Below, one piece after another: positions 53,899 to 61,612 of a stretch of 64,000 nucleotides of DNA (its first letter is position 1; every line of letters begins with the position of its first letter). The DNA is taken from the IMG/VR virus record IMGVR_UViG_3300018475_001475. The stretch is one strand, 5' to 3'. A program made the position numbers and the translations under genes. The notes beneath the pieces were generated by a model. That model had not been told where the DNA came from, made no database searches, and worked only from the letters and a program-made list of their open reading frames with translations. The DNA comes from a virus (lineage: Duplodnaviria; Heunggongvirae; Uroviricota; Caudoviricetes).

Positions 53899-55583
53899 AC
53901 CATGGCACCTCCCAACCCTATAAGTTGAAGAATCTTTTCTTCTTCTGCGGATAACATCATATCAACTGCTTGCTCAGCGGTAGCATTCTCCAAAAGTTCT
54001 TTATTGCAGTATGCTGCGCCGGATAACAGCCCGTTTGCGAAATATGTCCCATCTTCCGTCTCGATGCCGAACATTTCAGCAGGCTCGTTAATACATTCCT
54101 TAGAAACTAAAGCCACATAATCACCATTTTGATTCACGGCATGATCACCAACATTCCAGTATTTAAGCCTCTGCCAAAAACCTTGTTCGACATTATAGAA
54201 TCTATGGTCGTGAGTCTCGTCGATTACTGCACCATCTTCGAATCGATACAAAACATGATGTTGATTGAATTTTCCTCTAGCAATCTTATTTACTCTTACC
54301 GCTTTGCCAGACTTGGATACAACCATATCTCCAACAGCAATGTTTTGCATTTGTTTAACCGTCCCACCAGCCATTGTTATGTTGGTATCGCCGGAAAGGC
54401 ATACTTCTGCGTCTGAATAATTACGATATATATCATCAACCGTTAGAGACTCGTCGGTATTAGTATAGCACCATACAAATACACGCTGCAGCCCTGCTTC
54501 GTCCACCTTATAGTCTAATGAATAAATGAGATCAGATGGCGTGGTGTTGTTTTGAACATTCGTGATGAGATCATGCTCATCAGGTTCATCTTCTCCGTCA
54601 TAAAAACTCACTCGAACTCTCGCAACGTCTGACGGACATACTCCAGTTACAGATAAAGTAGTGCCACCTTCAGTGAAGTCATAATCACATCCAGAGCCGT
54701 AACAACTGTCACATATTGTAACTGTATCTATATATCCTTTTCCATTACAAGACTCGCACGTATCCCATATGCGTCCCGTACCATCACAAGTTGGACAAGT
54801 CGCGCTCATATCAACACCAAGGCCGCCACACACCTCACATACCTCAGCATAGCCCTTGCCAAAACAACTAGGACAAGATGTACCTGTGTTTTCTCCATTA
54901 CACTCTGGGCAAACACCTGTGCCGCCTTTTCCATTACATGCAGAACATGCTACGCTGCCAAACAAGCAGTCATCACAGGAGGTGTCACTCTCGCCATCGC
55001 CAAGACATTCGTCGCAGCGAGCCTCATACCAGCCGCCCGTTCCATCGCAAACCGAGCACGCGTGACAAAAATCCTTAGGCTTTGCTTCAGCATAAACAAG
55101 AACGCCAAAATCTTCCGGCACGTCAATCTCAGTAATTTCAATAGTACCGCTCACGTAACCAGTATTGACATGCTCTGCGGATACGCATATCCATAACAAT
55201 ATATCGCCTGCGGGTACTTCAATATTTGTAAACGAAAAATTCCCTTCTTCATCAGACTTGGTACTGGATATAATAGACGATTCTGGCCATCTTTTATACG
55301 CTTCGTCGCTGTCTTCACTGGGCACTCCGATATATACAGTAGAAGATACTGGAGCACACATTCCCGTAACATTACATATCGATGCACCATTAACAAAGAA
55401 CCTGTCGGTTATATAACAAACAACGTCATCGTATACATATACAACTTGACACTCATGTGGGGTTCCATTAGCATCAATACAAACCGACTTAGAATGTGCT
55501 GGCGGTGTCCCGTTGTCTATCATAGGTACAAAACAAACACTCGTAGTGGCACCGTGAACTATAACGTTGTTAGAAGTAATCAT
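53895..55583 (-). CDS. Cys-repeat (CxxCxGxG x about 8) protein with C-terminal Hint / bacterial-intein-like domain
   Basis: Repeats CSACNGKGG, CPECNGENTG, CPSCFGKGY, CEVCGGLG, CPTCDGTGR, CESCNGKGY; Hint blocks CLSGDTNITMAGG, VIDETHDHRFY, GTYFANGLLSGAAYC. Confidence 0.6.
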   Translation of the reverse strand: MITSNNVIVHGATTSVCFVPMIDNGTPPAHSKSVCIDANGTPHECQVVYVYDDVVCYITDRFFVNGASICNVTGMCAPVSSTVYIGVPSEDSDEAYKRWPESSIISSTKSDEEGNFSFTNIEVPAGDILLWICVSAEHVNTGYVSGTIEITEIDVPEDFGVLVYAEAKPKDFCHACSVCDGTGGWYEARCDECLGDGESDTSCDDCLFGSVACSACNGKGGTGVCPECNGENTGTSCPSCFGKGYAEVCEVCGGLGVDMSATCPTCDGTGRIWDTCESCNGKGYIDTVTICDSCYGSGCDYDFTEGGTTLSVTGVCPSDVARVRVSFYDGEDEPDEHDLITNVQNNTTPSDLIYSLDYKVDEAGLQRVFVWCYTNTDESLTVDDIYRNYSDAEVCLSGDTNITMAGGTVKQMQNIAVGDMVVSKSGKAVRVNKIARGKFNQHHVLYRFEDGAVIDETHDHRFYNVEQGFWQRLKYWNVGDHAVNQNGDYVALVSKECINEPAEMFGIETEDGTYFANGLLSGAAYCNKELLENATAEQAVDMMLSAEEEKILQLIGLGGAMV

Positions 55584-55618
55584 TATTCATACACCAACTT
55601 TCTAATTTTTTTGTATTA

Positions 55619-55909
55619 TTATATGCGAGACTGCACCTGATAAGCTAAGACAATGTCTCCCGCCTTAAATGCGCTAAAATCCATCGTTAACACATCAGCA
55701 ATATCTTCATATTCTTTTATATGAATTTTTGGATTTGTACATGCTACAGTGTTGTTGTTGACCTCTGATCTAATTTGTTGTAGTGCATCACCAACAGCTT
55801 TTGCGTCAGCAGCGATATTTTCTTTGGATAAAGTTTTATCTATTTCAATTGTCTGTGAGGTACCAGATTGAGCTACCCACTGACCATTTACTTTTATTTT
55901 TACGCTCAT
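55619..55909 (-). CDS. small protein carrying the shared tail-fibre anchor motif
   Basis: IEIDKTLSKENIAADAKAVGDALQQ parallels motifs in the genes at 59058 and 61020; AAGGAGG RBS. Confidence 0.45.
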   Translation of the reverse strand: MSVKIKVNGQWVAQSGTSQTIEIDKTLSKENIAADAKAVGDALQQIRSEVNNNTVACTNPKIHIKEYEDIADVLTMDFSAFKAGDIVLAYQVQSRI

Positions 55910-56017
55910 TTACATACCTCCTTTGAAATATGATTTTAATATGTTATTTGGTTTATTCATATACAGGCACCGACTCAGATGCCGCAATGTAGGCGGTCAT
56001 TCGTACACGGGTACGGG

Positions 56018-57694
56018 TTATGTGTTTTCAAGGGAAACAGTGCCGTCACGGCAAACAACTTCCGTTGCAGGTATGTTGGTATTCCAATCGAATCCAAAAG
56101 TAATGGCATTCCACTGTTCCATGGTCCCGTCGAATACGATTTCTTCAAGAGAGGTGCAGTCGAAAAATGCTACAGATCGAATTTCTGTTACACCTCCAGG
56201 TATTGTGATATGTTTTAAGGCAATACACTCTTGACACATGTTACTCGGAATAACAGTTACTTTTTTCGGTATTGTGATGCGTTCCAAAGTCCTACAAAAA
56301 CGAAATGCATCGCTTCCGATTACTGTTACACTTTCGGGAATGTCAATACTTGTTAGGCTACTGCACTCATGAAATGTCCCGTATGATATTTCCGCTATAC
56401 CATCGGGGATATTAACAGCTGTTAAATTTGTGCAATAACCGAACGCACGGCTTCCGATTACCGTCACACTTTCGGGAACATTAACAATCTTTAGACTGAG
56501 ACAATCCCAAAACGCCAATCGTTCAATGACGGTCACGCTAGAAGGAATAAAAACATTATTAATGGCTTCGCAATAGATAAAGGCACGCTCTCCAACATTT
56601 GTCACTTCATAAGGCAACACCAAATCTCCCGCAAGGATGTCCGCACTTGAGTTTGTATTGGTATCGGCATCATAGTTCCCCGTCAGTACCCCATCCGTCA
56701 CATGGACAACGCCGCCCTCAAGGATTTCATCACCCAAAAGCTGATCCCACGAATAAATAAGATTGTCTGTGCCTGTTTCATACAAACCAGCCACAGGTTT
56801 TTTCTGCCCTCTCATTCTGCGGATGGCCTGGCCAATGAAGAATCCTTGCATTAAAGATACGGGATCAATCTTGGATACCGGGGAATCCTCCACCCACACA
56901 GCAGTCAGCACAGTGTCGGCAGATATCGCTTGCCCGGCAGAGATAATTTCACCATTGATCGCCCAGCCGCCGAAGATGTAGCCGTCTGCGGAAAGGATGG
57001 GTAAATCGTCAGCCGTCAGTGCGTAGCTTTCGCCCTCGTTGACGGTTACGGTCTTGCTTGTGGGTGCTGTGCTGTGGGCGGTCTGGTAGTTAATGGTGTA
57101 GTCTACATTGGTTACTTCCCAATCCGCAACCAATGTCACATCGCCAGAAACCGCAATCCCTTCATCGACAGTAACACCATCAAGCATCCAACCCTTGAAT
57201 GTGGCGTTATCCGCTGTCAGCACAGGCAAATCATCGGCAGTCAAAAAGTATTCGGTATATATATAGCTTGTTTTCTCCTTTGCCACCGGAGCCAACCCAT
57301 ATTCGGAACTGTAGCCGATGGCTACCGTATTCAACGGATATTGAGTCGTATAGTATTGCCCTTCAAAAGCGAAAGAACCGTCACTTGCAATATGCGTAGT
57401 AAAACCAGTCAGTGCCTCTCTCTGATTACACACATGCATAATCTCAAGAATAAGCTCATCCGTAGAGCTAAAGGGATTATTGGATGAGCTATAATCGGAA
57501 AGCATACCGGAGACAGTATCGATAACCTCCTTTAGGTTAGTGAACTCATCTTCAAGGTCAGCCGCGTGCAGCAGTCTCTCCATCTCATTAGGAGCATAAC
57601 CAAAAAGAATTCTTTCATCGGTAAAAACGGTTTGCTCGGCAAGCATAGCTTGTGCCTGGTCAAACAATTCCTGTTCGCCATCAGAAATAGCCAT
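56018..57694 (-). CDS. surface-adhesin-like protein: Flg_new (Listeria-Bacteroides repeat) + BspA-type leucine-rich repeats
   Basis: N-terminal TFKGWMLDG... repeats; C-terminal repeated IP.SVTVIG..AF..C.SL units. Confidence 0.65.
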   Translation of the reverse strand: MAISDGEQELFDQAQAMLAEQTVFTDERILFGYAPNEMERLLHAADLEDEFTNLKEVIDTVSGMLSDYSSSNNPFSSTDELILEIMHVCNQREALTGFTTHIASDGSFAFEGQYYTTQYPLNTVAIGYSSEYGLAPVAKEKTSYIYTEYFLTADDLPVLTADNATFKGWMLDGVTVDEGIAVSGDVTLVADWEVTNVDYTINYQTAHSTAPTSKTVTVNEGESYALTADDLPILSADGYIFGGWAINGEIISAGQAISADTVLTAVWVEDSPVSKIDPVSLMQGFFIGQAIRRMRGQKKPVAGLYETGTDNLIYSWDQLLGDEILEGGVVHVTDGVLTGNYDADTNTNSSADILAGDLVLPYEVTNVGERAFIYCEAINNVFIPSSVTVIERLAFWDCLSLKIVNVPESVTVIGSRAFGYCTNLTAVNIPDGIAEISYGTFHECSSLTSIDIPESVTVIGSDAFRFCRTLERITIPKKVTVIPSNMCQECIALKHITIPGGVTEIRSVAFFDCTSLEEIVFDGTMEQWNAITFGFDWNTNIPATEVVCRDGTVSLENT

Positions 57695-58207
57695 TTATAT
57701 CACCTCTCCATAACAAATGATTTTTGGGTCGGTCAGCTCCCGCACTCGCTGTGCAACCGCTCCACCCTCGTGTTTTTCAAAAACACCGCTCGGATCAACG
57801 GTGTTCCCCTCGACGGTAATTACCATATCTCGCTCCAAGTAGACAACAATGCCACAGTGGTCAACTCTACCACTGCCGTTGGTGAGGAAAATAAGGTCGC
57901 CTTCTTTGGGCGTATCCGTCAATCTGTCTTTGCGCTTCAAGCGGCGATAAAGCACCCTTGTTCCGGGATGGGGCTTGCCAAGCATCTTCCTTGCCTTCTC
58001 CTTGCTCAAAGCCTCTATAAACACGGCATGGACAAAGGTAGCGCACCAGGGCAGGCCGGAGAAATTACGCCAACGATATGACTTGTTGATCAGATAGGCA
58101 AAGATCGTACAGCCGCCCTTCCCGGAGTTGGCGGTAAATACGCCCAACAAATCGTTGTCAAGGTGTTCCAGGTAGCCGATATATTTCTGCGCTGTCTTTA
58201 CTATCAT
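57695..58207 (-). CDS. CHAP-domain peptidoglycan hydrolase
   Basis: Cys in GLPWCATFV and His in VDHCGIVVY spaced as in CHAP domains; GGGAG RBS before ATG 58207. Confidence 0.6.
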   Translation of the reverse strand: MIVKTAQKYIGYLEHLDNDLLGVFTANSGKGGCTIFAYLINKSYRWRNFSGLPWCATFVHAVFIEALSKEKARKMLGKPHPGTRVLYRRLKRKDRLTDTPKEGDLIFLTNGSGRVDHCGIVVYLERDMVITVEGNTVDPSGVFEKHEGGAVAQRVRELTDPKIICYGEVI

Positions 58208-58212
58208 TGCTA

Positions 58213-58830
58213 TCACTCCCGGAATTTGAACGTCATAGAGATCAGCGTACTGTCATTATTGAAAAGGTCGATCATGCACGCAAAGCTGGTATCACCTGTC
58301 TTAAAGTTTGGCATATTCAGACTGGAATCTTCCAACGCTGTAATCAGCACGTCAAGGAAATCGACAAAGCTACCCCCAGCCATGGCGGTAAAATCTGGAG
58401 CACCAATCTGTGTGCTGCTTCCTCCGATGGGCTTAATGTATGCCGTGCATTTACTTACCACTATTTTGGGGTAGCTACCACTCTCGTAAACCCAACCTGC
58501 GAACCTGTCCCATGAAGGAATAGGATTTTCTGCAAGTTTGGTACGCACTGCGGACAGGGCCTCACTGAGGGTCATGTTGGTGTAGCCTTCAAAGTCCAGC
58601 CGGTCATCGGGAGCAATAAACTCCCAGCCGGTGTAATTATTGGCGAAAATGACTGCGCCACCCTCAGCGGTTTTGCGGAAGTCATAGGTCACGGAATTGT
58701 AAATCATTTTCAGGAGCGTATGGACAGTACCCAGCTTGTCCTTAAAGAACGCTTTTTTTACGGAGTAGATCGGTACATGGTTAAACAGAAAGGTGGTCTT
58801 TCCCTCGCTGTCAAAGTATGTTGTCCCCAT
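58213..58830 (-). CDS. hypothetical protein
   Basis: AAAGGAGG RBS 9 nt upstream; 205 aa. Confidence 0.5.
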   Translation of the reverse strand: MGTTYFDSEGKTTFLFNHVPIYSVKKAFFKDKLGTVHTLLKMIYNSVTYDFRKTAEGGAVIFANNYTGWEFIAPDDRLDFEGYTNMTLSEALSAVRTKLAENPIPSWDRFAGWVYESGSYPKIVVSKCTAYIKPIGGSSTQIGAPDFTAMAGGSFVDFLDVLITALEDSSLNMPNFKTGDTSFACMIDLFNNDSTLISMTFKFRE

Positions 58831-58863
58831 TTTCGTGTGCCTCCTTTCCTGTTTTGTGCTTAG

Positions 58864-59076
58864 TCATCGTGTTGCCTCCACATCCATCTGCATGGCATCC
58901 CAGTCCCATCCAAAGCTCAGTGAACCGTCGTCCTCATTGACAGAAAGGGTTTGCGTTTCCGCATCATGAAGATACGCCACAGGTTCACGGTGGGGGAATT
59001 GGCCTCGGGATACCAACCCCAAAATCATGCCCTTGACCCGGCTAATCATTTCTTCCGTCATTCGCTCACCGCCCAT
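58864..59076 (-). CDS. hypothetical small protein
   Basis: 70-aa ORF overlapping end of upstream gene; poor RBS. Confidence 0.3.
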   Translation of the reverse strand: MGGERMTEEMISRVKGMILGLVSRGQFPHREPVAYLHDAETQTLSVNEDDGSLSFGWDWDAMQMDVEATR

Positions 59077-60026
59077 TCGATCGGGATAGACACACCATTA
59101 TATGTCACCGATGCAGGTTTATCTCCTGCTGCAAGCACAATAGTTTCTGTTCCTCCACCATCGAAGGTATTTACCATAGTCACACTACCATCTGCATTTT
59201 CTGTTATCTTTATCCCCATAATTGTTTCGTCGGTAGAATCTACTGGCACCATTGTGAACACCTCTACTGAAACTTCTTTTGTATCTCCAACTGTGTACAA
59301 TAGAATTTCAGATGTAACACTAACATTCAACTCATAAAAAATCACATTGCCTAAAGCAACACTATGAAGCTGCGCATATCCGTGGCCGCGACTATTGCCT
59401 GAGAACTTCATAATTACACTACCGCCATTGTCTAAATGAGTTATGATTTCCGACGCACTGTGACTTGCCACGTTGCTATCGTCTACCATTACTTCCAAAG
59501 GTTTTTGCTTGGACATTACAGCACGAATATCTGCATGGGCGTTAGTGTCAGAGTTATGTTCCCCGATAGCTACGCCCGCTGTTCCGCTAGGATCTGCGCC
59601 AACTTCCAAAGCTGTATATGTAGGTTTTGTTGCGCTTTTTGCCCAATCTGGAACTTCAGGAATATCACCGACCAATGCATACTCTCCTACTGGTTGTTTT
59701 CCAGCAAGTGCCTCGCCAACAACTTTTGCATCAGCAGCACACCCTTCTTTGGTAAGTGTTTTATCTATTTCAAAATCTTCGCCAACTGTCTCTTCATCAA
59801 TCCATATATCACCATCTACTGCACCTTCTGGTTCTTCATTTTGAACATAGATACCCATATTGTTCTTTGCAATATACTTTGCATCTTCACTTAGTGCCTG
59901 CATTTGGCTGTGGGATATAGTATTATTATCAGTATAATCTTTTGCCTCTCTTAACTTTGTATTTGTATATTCTTTAATTGCTATAGTTGTAACCTCTAGT
60001 GCTTCTAAAACTTTCATATCTGCCAT
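59058..60026 (-). CDS. tail fibre-like protein with shared N-terminal anchor motif
   Basis: EIDKTLTKEGCAADAKVVGEALAGKQPVGEYALVGD; AAGGAGG RBS. Confidence 0.55.
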   Translation of the reverse strand: MADMKVLEALEVTTIAIKEYTNTKLREAKDYTDNNTISHSQMQALSEDAKYIAKNNMGIYVQNEEPEGAVDGDIWIDEETVGEDFEIDKTLTKEGCAADAKVVGEALAGKQPVGEYALVGDIPEVPDWAKSATKPTYTALEVGADPSGTAGVAIGEHNSDTNAHADIRAVMSKQKPLEVMVDDSNVASHSASEIITHLDNGGSVIMKFSGNSRGHGYAQLHSVALGNVIFYELNVSVTSEILLYTVGDTKEVSVEVFTMVPVDSTDETIMGIKITENADGSVTMVNTFDGGGTETIVLAAGDKPASVTYNGVSIPIEWAVSE

Positions 60027-60079
60027 TATGTAAGCACCTCCTTTATATAAAATTCATATTTATTGAATTAAAATTCAAA

Positions 60080-60113
60080 GTTATTAAAATAAGGAGCCCA
60101 AAATAGGGCCCCT
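60080..60113 (-). terminator. rho-independent terminator after receptor-binding gene
   Basis: minus-strand AGGGGCCC-UAUUUU-GGGCUCCU (one G-U) followed by UAUUUUAAUAA. Confidence 0.45.
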
Positions 60114-60116
60114 GTA

Positions 60117-60965
60117 TTAATAAATTTCTGCATCTAAACTCATATACGTGAGTTCAACATCATCATAGTCACCAGCAATGTTAAAATGTTTGGCGCAAAA
60201 TTCGTCGTGAGTCAAACCTAGTTTTCCTGTAAGTACTTCACTTGTTTCAGAAGTTTTACTTTCATACGTAACACCTGGCAAAGTTCTCATAACATTTGGA
60301 TATGGGAATCCAGCAAAATATGAATTAACGCCATCAAATCTTTGTCTGGAAAGCAACATCAAGCTTGGCACTACAACACAGAAATATCTACGACAAAGTA
60401 GTAATTCTTCAGCATACGGCTTTGGGATAAATTGTGTTGCAACCGCACCATATTCCAACTTTGCCCATGATAACGTAATATCAGAGCTAGGAGATACTTC
60501 AATGCGCACAGCAGTTATAGTAGCATCGGTCAGTGTTAAAGTATTCACTCCAACATGCAAGTTCTTTTTAGTAGAACCGTGTGAGCCAGTACAATAAAAG
60601 ATGCCACCGCCGTTTAGTGACATTACATTAACGCTAAGAGTATAAGTTCCCTGAGGAAATGGTTTTTCAAAAATCTGTTGGAAAGTACCATTATATGTTG
60701 CGTTTGGGTTTGTAATTTTAACTCCACCGGCAACAAGGCTAACGGTACGGCTATAATCTTGGTCACCCATGCACCATCTGTCAATAGTATAATATTTACG
60801 GTCGCCGCCAGTATAGGTCATTTGGCCTCTCTGGTTAATAGGATTGCTGAAATCACCGTTCATCAAAAGGTTTGGATTACTAAACATCGGTAAATTCGCA
60901 AGAGCATTATAGTCTACTGGCAAATCTCCCTGCTCAGTTCTAATTTTAGTTACATATTGAGACAT
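60117..60965 (-). CDS. tail fibre / receptor-binding protein
   Basis: N-terminal LPVDYNALANLP matches common phage tail-fibre DYNxLxNxP start; AAAGGAG RBS. Confidence 0.6.
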   Translation of the reverse strand: MSQYVTKIRTEQGDLPVDYNALANLPMFSNPNLLMNGDFSNPINQRGQMTYTGGDRKYYTIDRWCMGDQDYSRTVSLVAGGVKITNPNATYNGTFQQIFEKPFPQGTYTLSVNVMSLNGGGIFYCTGSHGSTKKNLHVGVNTLTLTDATITAVRIEVSPSSDITLSWAKLEYGAVATQFIPKPYAEELLLCRRYFCVVVPSLMLLSRQRFDGVNSYFAGFPYPNVMRTLPGVTYESKTSETSEVLTGKLGLTHDEFCAKHFNIAGDYDDVELTYMSLDAEIY

Positions 60966-61019
60966 TTTTAATCTCCTTTAATACACCACCTTCGTGGGCG
61001 AGAAAGGTTTATAAACGTA

Positions 61020-61409
61020 CTAGACAGACACAACGCCGTTTTCATCTACGGAGAGACTTAGGGCGACGAGCTGTAGTTTGCCATTAACCACCATGAGAAC
61101 CTTGCCTTCGTCGGCTTCTGTGATGGTTGGGATGGCGGCGATAATTGCTTCATTTACGTAAGTTTCGGAAGCTAGACCAACTAGATCACTCGCAAGCGCA
61201 TAGTCACCTGCTGGTTGTTTTCCCGCTAGAGCTTCACCTACTGCCTTAGAATCCGCAGGACGACCATCAACAGACAGCGTAGTGTCTGGTGCCTCATCTG
61301 GGGTGAGATATATAGCCGTTGGAACTAGATTACCAGCGTCTTTTTCGCGCTTAAATTGGTCTTGTGTTAATTTGTGTATTTGCAAGGTTGATAAATTTTC
61401 TGTAATCAT
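61020..61409 (-). CDS. small tail-fibre-associated protein with shared anchor motif
   Basis: TTLSVDGRPADSKAVGEALAGKQPAGDYALASD; AAAGGAGG RBS. Confidence 0.45.
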   Translation of the reverse strand: MITENLSTLQIHKLTQDQFKREKDAGNLVPTAIYLTPDEAPDTTLSVDGRPADSKAVGEALAGKQPAGDYALASDLVGLASETYVNEAIIAAIPTITEADEGKVLMVVNGKLQLVALSLSVDENGVVSV

Positions 61410-61612
61410 TGAAATAATTTACCTCCTTTTGTTGTTATAAAAATATTTTTTTGTATGATTTCATTCAGAGCATAACTCCATGTATGGTAGTGGATATTTA
61501 ATTAATAAAAACATAAACACCACATAGTTATGTAAATAGTGTATGTGTTCGTATAATAGGAAAATACCCCTTTCGGCGTTTAAGCTTACTCGGGGCTCCA
61601 TTTTGAAATTGG

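Noticed and set aside
54856-55141. Small ORFs on both strands (Pro/Ser-rich 69 aa; His/Arg-rich 66 aa; 63 aa minus)
   Set aside because: Embedded in the Cys/Gly-codon-rich repeat region of the 562-aa gene; composition-driven shadows.
61410-61612. Possible promoter/terminator in the 203-bp gap between the DUF285 gene and the 129-aa gene
   Set aside because: Only a weak 4-5-bp GC stem and no consensus hexamers. Late promoters in such phages often need a phage factor, so nothing can be called from sequence alone.
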